64,000 nucleotides of DNA from Octopus bimaculoides (GCF_001194135.2 NC_068986.1:83407285-83471284), one strand, 5' to 3'; shown: positions 39,501 through 49,989, counted from the stretch's first letter. Made by a program: numbers and translations. The notes: generated from the letters alone by a model not told the origin.

Positions 39501-40674
39501 TGGGCAACTATCTACAGCTATAGCCCCAGGCCAATCAATGATTTGTGAGTGAATTTGGTAGTTGGGGCAATATGGAAGCCTATCTCACACACACACACAC
39601 ATATGAGTTACAGGTAATGTAACCATCTAAGGGATAGATGTATCCATAGGCACTCTTGGTATTACCTCAGTATGTATGGTCCTTGTTATAAGGTATATAG
39701 TAGTAGGTAATTTAAAAAGTAAACTGTGGTTTAATATATATAAAGACGATAAGAAATGGAGCAAGAAACAGTGAAAAGTGGATTGTTGGTGTTATAATGT
39801 CATTATTTAATTAAGAAGAGAGTATGTTTACAGCTGTTTCAGTGTATCAAGCTGGGGTAAATTTGCATTTACCTCAATGCAATTGATAGACATCATCAGA
39901 ACGATTATATGGCAAAGATAAATAGAAGGAAAATAGAAAGAGGAAGTGAAAGGAAAAATGTTTGTTAATTCAATAGTCTTACATTTTAGGGAAGTCCATA
40001 ATTCAATATATCAGTTGGAGGATAGAAGAGAAGAGAGTTAGTTAAATCCATGGTCTTATAATTAGTTAGTTTCATGCAAATTTACCCCAGCTTGATATAC
40101 TGAAACAGCTGTAAACATACTCTCTTCATAATTAAATAATGACTTTATAACACCAACGATCCACTTTTCACTGTTTATTGCTCCATTTCTTATCGTCTTT
40201 ATAATATATATATATGTGTGTGTGTGTGCGTGTGTGTGCATTCCCCTGTCCCCAACTTACTGGTTTGCTGAAAACGACTGATAGAATAAGTATCAAACTT
40301 CAAAAATAATAAGCTTTGGGGTTGATTTGTTTGATTAAATTCTTCAAGTGCAGTCCAATGACTAAAAACAAGTTGAAAGGCACAGGTATGGCTGTGTGCT
40401 AAGGAGTTTGCTTCCCAACCACATGGTTCCGGGTTCAATCCCACAGCATGGCACCTTGGACAAATGTCTTCTATTATAGCCTTGGACCAACCAAAGCACT
40501 GTGAGTGGATTTGATAGATGGAAACTGAAAGAACTCCATTCTCCTATCTGATGAAGAGCTATGTTCAAAATGTTAAACTCTCTCCTTTCACCAAGTGTCA
40601 AGCTAATATATTTCTTGTGCATGTCTTCACGTTCATTTTTTTCTTTTCTTTGTTTTTATTTGCTTTTGAATTGG

Positions 40675-40735
<61 letters not shown>

Positions 40736-43700
40736 GGCACAGGAGTGGCTATGTGGTAAGTAGCTTGCTTACCAACCACATGGTTCTGGGTTCAGTCCCA
40801 CTGTGTGGCACCTTGGGCAAGTGCCTTTTACTATAGCCTCGGACCGACCAAAGCCTTGTGAATGGATTTGGTAGATGGAAACTGAAAAGAAGCCTGTCAT
40901 ATATATGTATATATGTGTGTGTGTTTGTGTGTCTGTGTTTGTCCCCCCAACATCACTTGACAACCGATGCTGGTGTGTTTACATCCTCGTAACTTAGCGG
41001 TTTGGCAAAAGATACCGATAAAATAAGTACTAGACTTACAAAGAATAAGTCCTGGGGTCGATTTGCTTGACTAAAGGCGGTGCTCCAGCATGGCTGCAGT
41101 CAAATGACTGAAACAAGTAAAAGAGTAGAGTATATATATGTATCTGTTTGTGTCTGTGTTTGTCCCCCACCACCGCTTGACAATCAGTGTTGGTGTGTTT
41201 ATGACCCCATAACTTAGTGGTTTGGCAAAGAAACTGATAAAATATGTACCATGCTTAAAAATAAAATAAATATGTACAGGGGTCAATTCATTCGACTAAG
41301 AGTTCAAGACAGTGCCCCAGTATGACTGCAGTTTAATGACTGAAACAAGAGGCAAAAGAAATAAAAAGATAGTGTACATCATCATTGTTTAACATCCTCC
41401 TTCCGTGCTGGCATGGGTTGGATGGTTTCACATGAGCTGGCCAGGCAGAAGCCTGCACTATACTTCTGTGTCTGCAGAGTGGGCTGAGTGCTTTTTACGT
41501 GGCCCCAGAACAGGCAAGGCCAGTTTTGGCATGGTTTTTACAGGTGGGTGCCCTTCCAAATGCCTACCACTTTACAGTGTGGACCGGATGCTTTTTTAGT
41601 AGCACCAACACTGGCAGGGTCATCAAGTAACTTACAAGACAAGAAATCTTTGAGAAGGGAGGGGGAATTGGTGGAGGTGATCTTGTGTCAGATGAGGAAA
41701 GGTTAGAGTGTGACTCTCTATCACACTCTATCCTTACATCGTCTGACACAAAATGTACATAATTTATTTAGGTGTACATGAATTATTAAAATTGTTTTGT
41801 TCTATACTACATTATATAGTATGTTAGTGTGCTGTACTGTAGGCACAGCCTTGTAGTTAAGAAGATAGCTTCTTAATCAAGGGGTCTTCAGCATGATTTT
41901 ATTATGGAGCATTTTGGGCTAGTGTCTTCAACCATAGTGTTGAGCTGACCTTGCCTTTGAGAATGATTGGATAGATAGAAACTGGAATCATGCCTGATAC
42001 TCACTGTAATCCAAATTTCCAGCTTTGTCACAAGCTGTTTTAAGCTGATATTGCCCAAGGATTGTGTTAACCCTTTCGTTACCAACCCGGCTGAAACCGG
42101 CTCTGGCTCTGAGTACAAATGTCTTGTTTTTATAAGTTTTGAATTAAAATCTTCCACCAAACTTTAGTCACAATTTATGTTCCTAAAACTAGCTTAATGA
42201 TAACTAAGTTATTTTACTAAATTCTTTGTTATATTTAAAGTAATTCAAAGAAACACAGAGCATCTCAAAATAAATACGGTAACGAAAGGGTTAAGGTTAC
42301 AAGTGTCTTTGTGTAATACTTGCTACTTACTTTATTTTCTGGCATATGTGCCAAACTTTCCAACCCAAAATTTACAGCCAAAAAAGACAAGTTGACTTAT
42401 ACATCAACAGCTTTGGTGGACTAAAAAAATTTCTGTGTGAAATGCAACAAGATTTGGAAAGGTAGTGATGATGTTTAAATGTTTACACTTATGTTGAAAA
42501 TACAGTACTCTATGATTCAAATGAGTGGGTCCAATAGCTGGAGTGTCAGAACTTGGGATGAAGCCACATTATTATATTCTGTTTTACAATGTACGGTTAT
42601 TGTACTGATTGTGTTGTGGAATAAAACATTTCATTTTGTGTATTGATCATGATCAGTGTTTAAGGTCAAGTATATTGGATTTTTACGTTTGTAAGTTAAG
42701 GTCTTCATTTTTATCTTTCTCTCCCACCTCTGTCCCTCCTTCTTTCTCCTCTTTGCCTGTCTCTCTCACCTCTCTCATGTCACTATTTCCTTTCTCTCAC
42801 TTCACTCTTTCTTCTCTTGTCTCATTTTCTTTCCTTTCTCTCTTTCTCACTTCCCTCATTCTCTCCCTCCCGATCCCTGTCCTTTTATTTATACATAGAA
42901 TCATTTATTTATACTGCTGCTGCTGCTACTACTACTACTACCGCCACTATCACCACTACCATTTTTCACAAACATACAAGTACATTGATTAAGATGTGTC
43001 TTTACATTAAATATGTATGTGTATATATATATATATANNNNNNNNNNTATATAAAATGTACACATACAAATAAAATCATACACATTTGTGTATGATTGTA
43101 TTTTGCTTAGATATTGATTATTTTTTTTTGTTTTACATAACAAAAGAAACAAAAAAGAAAATGTAATTTCATTTAAGATCAACCATGTTGTTATTTCTAC
43201 ATATTGGCATATCTCAGATGGCAGCAGCAGGATGTTGATTTGGCTTTAAAAAAACCCATTTATCTGCACAAAAGCATATGTACACACACATGCACATATG
43301 TACAAAATACGGACACATATGCATGCTAACACATACACACATGCATGCATGCAGTTAGATGTATTGTTATAGAACACGTAGAACTTCCAATGTATTTTTT
43401 CTTCATCACATTGATTACTTAATAATTTAAAACATGATGATAATAATGATGGTGATGATATAATTGATTTCTTACATAGATATAAAACTATAAATTTAAG
43501 GAAAAAAGAGGTATATAGTTAATATTACCCAGTATATCGCTGGTACTTCTTTCATTGATGCCTCATGAGAATGGAAAGTAAAGGCAACTCTGATGAGATT
43601 TTTACTCAGAATATAAAGAGATGCAACTAAACACTGCATATTATTTTTTGCCCGTTTCTCTAATGATTATGCCAGTCCTCTCTGTTCTTTATCATCATCA

Positions 43701-45727
43701 TCATCATCATTGTTTAATGTCCGCTTTCCATGCTGGCATGGGTTGGACGATTTGACTGAGGACTGGTGAAACCGGATGGCAACGCTAATATAATTGACAT
43801 GGCTATATGGTTAAAAAGCTCGCTTTGTGTCCACATGGTTTCAGGTTCAGTCCCACTGTGCTTCACCCTGGGCAAGCATCTTCTACTATAGCCCCAAGCT
43901 GAGTGAATTTGGTTGGCAGAAACTGTTTGAAGGCGGCGAGCTGGCAGAAACGTTAAAACGCCAGGCGAAATGCTTAGTGGTATTTTGTCTGCTGTTACAT
44001 TCTGAGTTCAAATTCCGCTGAGGTCAACTTTGCCTTTCATCCATTCCGGGTCGATAAATTAAGTAACAGTTATGCACTGGGGTCGATGTAATTTGTCCTT
44101 GTTTGTCCCCTCTATGTTTAACCCCTTGTGGGCAATAAAGAAATAAACTGTGTGAAATCCCATCATGTATGTGTGTGTGTGTGTATGTCTATGTGTATCT
44201 CTTTGTGTCTTGCCCTGCCCCCACTTTTTGTCAAACAGTGTTGGTTTGTTCACAGTCATGTAACTTGGTGGTTCAGCATAAAAGACCAAATCAATGAGTA
44301 CCAGATTTAAAAATAAGTAGAGGCTGATTTTGACTAGAAACCCTTTGAGGTGGTGCTCCTGTTTGGTCACACTTCAATGAATGAAACAAGTAAAAGAAAA
44401 TAAATTATAAAAATATTTCATTTATCATCATCATAGAGTGCTGAGCTTAGATCTTCCTCTTGTAAAATTAGTCAAGACAGTAATCATTCCATTGTGGTCT
44501 TTTTGAGGTGTTAAATATTGATGAAGTCTTCAGCACTGCTCTAACTATCTCCAAAATATACTATTAGGGCTAAGTACTTCATACAACCAATATAAGTATA
44601 TCTGTATATACACACATGTACATATGTGTGAAAATGTTTTTGTGGGTGGAGAGGATATATTTAGATATAATTTTTGTATTTTTGATTTCATAATTGAGCT
44701 GGAAAGGATTTGTGAGAAACACCAGCATTCACATCTGTTTGTATCACAATTCCCTTCATAAGTTATTATCTAGAAGTCACCTTGATCAGTCAGACTTATG
44801 GTCAAAGGCATTCCAGCTGTAATCATTTTGTCTTTCTTCCAAGGCACAGTGAATCCACCTCAGAAAACATCCAAATTTGTTCTCTTTCTCTAAGATGGTT
44901 TAAGGGTGATTTGGCTGCTAACAGTTTGAGTGAGCACTTAGACTTGGTACAAGCAACCTTTTTTGAGAAGTAAGCCACATGAGGTATAGCTTATTGTCAG
45001 GTTGGCCACACTACTAAAAAAATTCAAGGAAATTTTTTGTTAGACACATTCAGAAAGTTTGCTCATAACTAACTTAGACACTCCCACACTGGCTTGGAAA
45101 GTAAAGAAAAACACTACTTCCACAACTGAGTTTTATTTCCAAGAGAATAAATTGTCTTTTGTCATATTCAAAACATATTGGTTCTAGTAAGGCTTGAATT
45201 ATCATGAATTACAAAATCTACAACGCTGAAAGAGTATCTTGCTCAGTTTCAGCTTTATCACAAAATTCTCAGCTTACTCATACATACTTCCTATATACTT
45301 GCACAGGAAAGATCAAAAACATGTTATCTAATTAACTTTTTTTATATATTGTTCTATGCATTCTACCTCTTCTTCATGTTATGTCTACTCCTTCATGTGG
45401 CCATATGTTCAGCAGAACTTTTCAAGGTGATGTTTTACAGGTAGATAGAAACTGGAATCATGCCAGATATGCCCTTTATGATGCTATCCCTTTCAGTTAC
45501 ACTCTGATACATGCACCCTTTCTAAAATTTGCAATACAAATGATTAATTATAATATACACATAAAATATGCTAGCATTAATTTGTCTATTGTTTATTCAT
45601 TATTAATATTTTTTATATATTTTTTTTATTGCAGTGCTACCTCGGTGATGCCTTCCGCTGTTCTGGGTGTCCCTATCTTGGAATGCCAGCTTTTAAACCT
45701 GGAGAAAAAGTGTCATTAGCCCTTTGA
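4814..45727 (+). CDS. CIAPIN1: Anamorsin / Fe-S cluster assembly protein Dre2 homolog, 6 coding exons, 290 aa (302 aa with alternative exon-3 acceptor)
   Basis: Manual splicing of six GT-AG-bounded exons gives one open frame of 873 nt: an N-terminal methyltransferase-like domain (..[11 protein letters not shown]..), KPSYAIGS, an acidic linker ([28 protein letters not shown]), motif 1 [16 protein letters not shown] and motif 2 [15 protein letters not shown] followed by [14 protein letters not shown]. These are anamorsin family signatures. Confidence 0.96.
5540..5880 (+). mobile_element. Family C / RTE 3' fragment
   Basis: Same 3' terminus, ending GGACGTTAAACGATGATGATG. Confidence 0.75.
6205..6400. 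mobile_element. Degenerate copy of second MITE family just upstream of CIAPIN1 exon 2
   Basis: Colinear similarity with 49400-49606 (CAAATGT.ATG..TATTCACATT, CTTGTAGCTTTG, AAAGTAGAATATTTG). Confidence 0.5.
6475..6689 (+). CDS. CIAPIN1: CIAPIN1 coding exon 2 ([12 protein letters not shown]...[11 protein letters not shown], ends phase 0)
   Basis: Acceptor tattttgttgctAG ends at 6474; donor GTAAGT at 6690. Encodes the VLKP and LKLSGFV motifs of the anamorsin N-domain. Confidence 0.92.
10655..10840. mobile_element. TTAA-flanked piggyBac-like MITE, second family
   Basis: TTAA|CCCTTCAGCATT...AATGTTAAAAAG|TTAA. Internally similar to the reverse complement of 49381-49606 and 6205-6400. Confidence 0.65.
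11155..11347 (+). CDS. CIAPIN1: CIAPIN1 coding exon 3 (two in-frame acceptors: 11155 or 11191; ends phase 1)
   Basis: Two identical tatcttttgcAG acceptors 36 nt apart; donor GTAAGG at 11348. Encodes [15 protein letters not shown], matching the conserved KP-Y-GS segment. Confidence 0.9.
12340..14080 (+). mobile_element. Highly degenerate RTE/BovB-like LINE remnants (endonuclease and RT fragments)
   Basis: Recognisable peptides [16 protein letters not shown] (APE-like), AQEIHMH..IKIFYG and [27 protein letters not shown], with many indels. Confidence 0.65.
14210..14609. other. Assembly gap (others: 18926-19454, 25192-25299, 28939-28948, 33101-33256, 43038-43047, 56397-56587)
   Basis: Runs of N, mostly flanked by (TA)n or (TG)n. 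Confidence 0.99.
14864..14995 (+). CDS. CIAPIN1: CIAPIN1 coding exon 4 (acidic linker, ends phase 1)
   Basis: Acceptor ttcttaattttAG ends at 14863; donor GTGAGT at 14996. Encodes [35 protein letters not shown]. Confidence 0.94.
15648..16085 (+). mobile_element. Tandem pair of SINE family B (15648-~15850 and 15868-~16085)
   Basis: Two complete heads and bodies separated by an ATT/GTT-rich linker. Confidence 0.88.
18280..19770. repeat. Compound TA/TG satellite with higher-order unit, on both sides of a SINE fragment and an N gap
   Basis: Unit (TA)nCATATATATTATG(C/T)AT(GT)n repeated about 7 times in 18410-18640; related units at 19455-19770. Confidence 0.9.
18696..18925 (-). mobile_element. 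SINE family A, 3' half (runs into N gap)
   Basis: CTCTTTTACTTGTTTCAGTCATTTGACTGTGGCCATGCTGGAGCACC is the reverse complement of the family A 3' end. Confidence 0.85.
20310..20530 (+). repeat. Unclassified old interspersed repeat family D (representative copy; others near 7650, 16360, 20595, 21970, 22100, 30330, 32370, 33940, 34210, 35290, 44780, 61560)
   Basis: Recurrent motif GTTGTTTAGCCCCAGG..TATGATCAAAGGCATTCCAGCCATGACC and GAGGGAGATTTGGCTG.TATTTCTAG in many diverged copies. Confidence 0.65.
20755..21066 (+). mobile_element. Family C: short repeat sharing its 3' end with the RTE LINE (young copy)
   Basis: ...GAAGGGCATCCAGCTGTAGAAAC...CCAACCCATGCTAGCATGGAAAGCGGACGTTAAACGATGATGATG matches 51700-51860. 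Confidence 0.88.
22385..22575. repeat. Degenerate (ATCT)n/(CTAT)n microsatellite abutting the exon-5 acceptor
   Basis: Direct inspection. Confidence 0.85.
22584..22699 (+). CDS. CIAPIN1: CIAPIN1 coding exon 5 (Fe-S motif 1 and first half of motif 2, ends phase 0)
   Basis: Acceptor tatttttcAG ends at 22583; donor GTATGT at 22700. Encodes [38 protein letters not shown]. Confidence 0.96.
23010..23370 (-). mobile_element. SINE family A, diverged full-length copy
   Basis: Both halves recognisable on the minus strand. Confidence 0.75.
25917..26287 (+). mobile_element. Third tRNA-headed SINE (family E), single copy in window
   Basis: Box A TGGCCCAGTGG, box B GTTTCGATTCC, CpG-rich body, CAA-type tail, 11-bp TSD ATCAGG(C/G)CTAG (25906-25916 / 26288-26298). 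Confidence 0.75.
26345..26600 (-). mobile_element. Family C / RTE 3' fragment
   Basis: CATCATCATTTAACATCC...CCATGCTGGCATGG...GCTGGATGCCCTTCC on the minus strand. Confidence 0.78.
27832..29783 (-). mobile_element. hAT superfamily, Buster/Charlie-type transposon with decayed transposase
   Basis: TIRs CAGTGGTTCCCAAC / CAGTGATTCCCAAC and perfect 8-bp TSD CTTTAAAC (27824-27831, 29784-29791). Minus-strand fragments [42 protein letters not shown]. Confidence 0.95.
30440..30744 (+). mobile_element. Family C / RTE 3' fragment
   Basis: Subunit repeats plus the conserved 3' end and (ATG)n tail. Confidence 0.85.
32095..32147. repeat. (GA)n microsatellite
   Basis: Direct inspection. Confidence 0.95.
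36517..36878 (+). mobile_element. SINE family A, near full length (short deletion in head)
   Basis: GGCGCAGGAATGGCTGTGTGGTAAG...GAAACAAATAAAAGA, directly after a long (TA)n. Confidence 0.9.
37814..38340. mobile_element. Non-autonomous DNA transposon (MITE), Kolobok-like termini, containing (TAACCC)4
   Basis: 29-bp perfect outer inverted repeat (37809-37837 / 38317-38345) including flanking TTAA, with AA...TT termini. Inner 21-bp perfect inverted repeat at 37965-37985 / 38174-38194. Superfamily assignment is tentative. Confidence 0.75.
39739..40203. repeat. 130-bp inverted repeat (5 mismatches) around a ~205-bp spacer; possibly Penelope-like element derived
   Basis: 39739-39868 is the reverse complement of 40074-40203, compared base by base. 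Confidence 0.9.
40736..41370 (+). mobile_element. SINE family A full-length copy (40736-41125) followed by a second 3' half
   Basis: Complete head, core and 3' end, then a repeat of the TTTGTCCCC...GACTGAAACAAG segment. Confidence 0.88.
42071..42290. mobile_element. piggyBac-like MITE (220 bp)
   Basis: TTAA on both sides and perfect 13-bp TIR CCCTTTCGTTACC / GGTAACGAAAGGG. Confidence 0.85.
43931..44144 (+). mobile_element. SINE family B inserted into a family A copy (43797-44400)
   Basis: TSD AAACTGT(T/G)TGA at 43920-43930 / 44145-44155; A 5' half before, A 3' half after. Confidence 0.82.
45635..45727 (+). CDS. CIAPIN1: CIAPIN1 last coding exon ([30 protein letters not shown])
   Basis: Acceptor ttttttttattgcAG ends at 45634; stop TGA at 45725-45727. 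Highly conserved anamorsin C-terminus. Confidence 0.96.
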   Translation, partial: CYLGDAFRCSGCPYLGMPAFKPGEKVSLAL

Positions 45728-45851
45728 TGTCAATAATTTTTGTTCCATTTTTCTCTTTTCTTTTTTAATTTTTGTTTTCTAGTGGTTGAAGATTCTCTAA
45801 CTTTGCTACTTGAATTCTGATAATGTTTGCAGCAGTTTCACCATTATTCAG

Positions 45852-45857
45852 AATAAA
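45852..45857 (+). promoter_or_regulatory. Candidate polyadenylation signal of CIAPIN1
   Basis: First AATAAA about 125 nt after the stop codon, with a TG/T-rich tract downstream. No transcript evidence available. Confidence 0.4.
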
Positions 45858-46369
45858 ACTAAAAATCATCACTTTCATTAGCAAGAGTGTTACATTTGTA
45901 GTGATACTGTTTTGAGACAAAAAAAATAACCATCCACCATCCTAACTTTGGAATCATGGGACCACTCCAAAAATTTCTAATAAAATTAGCTTTATTCTTT
46001 GAGTTTTTTTAATTTCTTCTTCACTTTTGTTAGTTTTTTTTTTTTCCTTTGTTGGATTTTCTTAATTGAGTTAGTTTTGGCACGAAGTCACTCACTAACT
46101 CCCCAATGTGTAGACCACAGATGTGCTGTATCCTCTTTCTACCTATTTTACCACTACTGCAATGGCCTCTGCTCCACAGAACTGGTCAGTCTTGTGCTAC
46201 CTCTACTTAGGATCTCTCAACTCAATCATTCTCCTTACATCACCTGTATTTTATCCAATACCCTCTCCCTAAGCCAAAGTGCTATATATCATAACTATTC
46301 CATTCTTCTTGGAATGTCAGCTGTTGAGAATTATTTCTTGTAGTTGTTGATTGGCAATATTACCATAAT

Positions 46370-46581
46370 CCTTTCTTATTTTGGCACAAGGCCAGCAAAT
46401 TTGTGGGGTGGGAAGTCAGTTACATTGACTCCTGTGCTCAACTGGTACTATTTTATCAATTTTGAAAGGATGAAAGGCAAAGTTGAGCGTAGCAGCATTT
46501 GAACTCAGAACATAAAGTCAGAAGAAATGCTGCAAAGCATTTTGTCCAGAATGGTAATGAGTCTGCCAGCTCACTGCCTTA
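46370..46581 (-). mobile_element. SINE family B
   Basis: Perfect 17-bp TSD GGCAATATTACCATAAT (46353-46369 / 46582-46598). Confidence 0.88.
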
Positions 46582-47678
46582 GGCAATATTACCATAATAA
46601 AGTATTAAAGCAATAGCATACAACATGATAAGAAGTATTTGAATAAAATGTATAATACAATAAGAAGATATATAACAAATCAGTAAGTTATCACAATAAC
46701 AACAATATAGAAGTACATGTCATAGAAATTTGAGCTGTAAACAAGGACTGAATCTCCAAAATTAAGATAATACAACTTCATCTTCTAGACTATACTGTCA
46801 ATTCTCAAAAGACATTCTATTTTTGTACTACAACACATTCAAAGCCAGAAGAGAAAACCCTTAAAAAGCTTTTTTTTAAAGGATGGAGAGCAATCTGAGA
46901 TTACATTTATTGTTTCCTCCTAATGAATAACATACTACATAGAATGATTAGTACTGAGAAAGCATTAATCTTTTACATTAATTACACTTGCTTTTTTTGT
47001 TAAAAAAAAAAGTGCATGCATTCATAAACAATGAGCTTTGTTGTTTGTCCGAGTTCAAAGAATGGACTATTGAATCAATTAATAGCTCACCGCATTGTCG
47101 AAAGTGAAAGTAAACAGAGATGTTTATACACTCCTCTTTTGAAAGATTATATTTTATCTGCTGAGGTGATTCTCATTGTTGCTTACTGGAGTTGCTATTT
47201 TAGTTTTCTTTCATGAGAACTGAGTCCAGGAACCTTCTGTCTAATGTTATCAAACATAAAGAGGTTGTGTACAAAGTGAACATGCAGGTTTTCAATGTTA
47301 AGAAGTTCATTCTCCAACTTTTGGGTGGAGATTTTGGGTTTGGTCCCATTCTGTGTCATCTTGGCAAGTATCTTCTACTATAGCTGGCTGACCAAAGCAT
47401 TGTGAGTGAATTTGATAGAGAAACTGAAAGAAGACTGATGTATATATAGGCACAAACATAGCCCTGTGTTAAGAAGTTTGTTTCCCAACAATATAGTTTC
47501 CGGTTCAGTCCCCCTGCAGGGCACCTTGCAACAAAAACTTGTTGAAACCTGTTTGGTATTTTAATAAATCTGTTACAAAAATTTTAAAACAGTCACACAT
47601 TTTGAGATTCAGGTACATTTTCAAGCCTCAAAACAAATTCTCCTATATTCTTTACTGTATAAGAACACACTTCTTTTC

Positions 47679-47830
<152 letters not shown>

Positions 47831-48119
47831 TCATTACAGTTTATGCATCAGTAGTGAATATTTCAGATATACACTAAATATTTATGCTAACAACTCCATG
47901 ATATAAAAAGAAAATAAGCTTTCCTATGGGACTCATTTTTCATATCTGTTACATTCACGATTGGTAATATGGTCGCCTGGAATATGATAGATGTAAGGTC
48001 TGAGTCCCATGGGAGAGTTTCCTCTCTTTTCTTGTCCTCAATTATTGAAAATGTTTATAAAATTTATGAGTATGTACAGTATATGAATGTGTATGTTACA
48101 TTTGTATGTGTATATATTA

Positions 48120-48660
48120 ATGAATATCATCATCATCTTTTAACATGTTTCCTATGCTGGCATGGATTGGATGGTTTGACAGGAGCTGATATGCCAGAGG
48201 ACTACATCAAGCTCCAGTGTCTGCTTTGGTATGATTTCTATGGTTGAATGTTCATCCTAACACCAACCACTTTATGGAGTGTATTGGGTACTTTTTATTT
48301 GGCAGCAGCAGTAAAGTCACCAAGTAACTTGCCAGATATTACCACCATTATCATTGTTTAATGTCTGTTTCGCATGTGGTGGATAGTTTGACAGGAGCTG
48401 ATGAGCCAGTGGACTGCTTTGGCACAGCTAAGTGAGATTGTAGTCATGGCCGATGCTGGTGCTTCATAACGGGCACCCATGCTGGTGGCACGTAAAAAGC
48501 ACCCACTACACTCTTTGGCATTAGGAAGGGCATCCAACTGTATAAACCATGCCAAATCAGATAGGAACCTGGTGCAGCTCCCAAGTTTACCAGTTTTCAG
48601 TCAAACCGTCCAACCCATGCCAGCATGGAAAACGGATGTTAAATGATGATGATGATGATA
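48120..48660. mobile_element. Family C fragments: two minus-strand copies (48120-48400) and one plus-strand copy (48440-48660)
   Basis: Conserved 3' terminus seen in both orientations. Confidence 0.75.
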
Positions 48661-48664
48661 TATA

Positions 48665-48840
48665 GGTGTAGGAGTGGCTGTGTGGGAAGTAGCTTGCTTA
48701 CCAACCACATGGTTCCGGGTTCAGTTCCACTGCGTGGCACCTTGGGCAAGTGCCTTCTACTATAGCCTCGGGCCGACCAAAGCCTTGTGAGTGGATTTGG
48801 TAGACGGAAACTGAAAAGAAGCCCGTCGTATATATATATG

Positions 48841-48873
<33 letters not shown>

Positions 48874-49078
48874 ATGTTTGTGTGTCTGTGTTTGTCCCCC
48901 CAACATCGCTTGACAACCGATGCTGGTGTGTTTACGTCCCCGTAACTTAGCGGTTCGGCAAAAGAGACCGATAGAATAAGTACTAGGCATCCAAAGAATA
49001 AGTCCTGAGGTCGATTTGCTCGACTAAAGGTGGTGCTCCAGCATGGCTGCAGTCAAATGACTGAAACAAGTAAAAGAG
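48665..49078 (+). mobile_element. SINE family A, full-length young copy
   Basis: tRNA-like head with A/B boxes, CACCTTGGGCAAGTG core, internal (TA)/(TG) tract, 3' end GACTGAAACAAGTAAAAGAG; many CpGs retained. Confidence 0.92.
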
Positions 49079-49380
49079 TATATATATATATCACACATGC
49101 ACACTACTGTTTGTTTTTATGTTCATTTATAATGAAAACAACTTTACATTAATCTGATGGGTTACTCAATACTTTTGTAGAGTACAAATTTATTATTCTT
49201 ATACAAGAATGTTGTTGACAGTGACTTTGAATTTTCAGCCAGCTAAACCAAAAATAACTAAAACTGACACCTCCCACACTTACCCACCTACTAAAAGGGA
49301 CACACCTAAATATTCATGCCTGCTTACAAAGTTGTACATACATGAATAAATTCTAAATATCAACATAACCCCAAATTTAA

Positions 49381-49606
49381 CTCTTTAGCATTCACATTTC
49401 TTTGTCAAATGTAATGTTCATTTATTCACATTAATTTGAATTAGTCAAGCATTACCTTGTAGCTTTGAGATTTCAGTGATGTGATGGTTTATTTTTAGAT
49501 TTAGAATAATACTGTAAGAGAAGTGTGAAAGGCCTTAGCTAGCCAGTTTGAAGACAAAACAAGTAGAATATTTTGACTGGATATGGCTGGTTTAAATATT
49601 AAAGGT
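49381..49606. mobile_element. TTAA-flanked MITE, second family
   Basis: TTAA|CTCTTTAGCATTCACATT start; shares the internal motifs CTTGTAGCTTTG and AAGTAGAATATTT with 6205-6400. Confidence 0.6.
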
Positions 49607-49989
49607 ATAAACAAAACACTTCTCTATAACAACCCATCCTAAAACCTAATTACCACTCCACTCTAACCCACATACCCAAGAAATGTTTTAACTCAACAGA
49701 GACTATGTAAAGCTAAGGTTAAATTCAATACATCACAGTCCAACGATGGCTTAACTGGCCAAAACTTTGAAGTAACTGTCAATGATATTCTTGTTTCAGA
49801 ATAATATATATATGTAAATATATAGATGCAGGCATTGCTTTGTGGGCAAATGTCTTCTACAATAGCCCAAGGCCAACCAAAGCCTGTAAGTTGATTTGGT
49901 AGATGGAAACTGAAAGAAGCCCATCATAATAACTGGTGTAGCAGCACCATAGTCAACTGATACAAAGATAATGTTAATGCCTCAAATAA

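Noticed and set aside
23000-45600. Nested protein-coding gene in intron 5
   Set aside because: All ORFs in the track are transposase fragments, repeat-derived or low complexity; small exons cannot be excluded without RNA data.
48665-48740. tRNA genes at the SINE heads
   Set aside because: A/B boxes are present, but there is no complete cloverleaf and each runs into a repeated SINE body.
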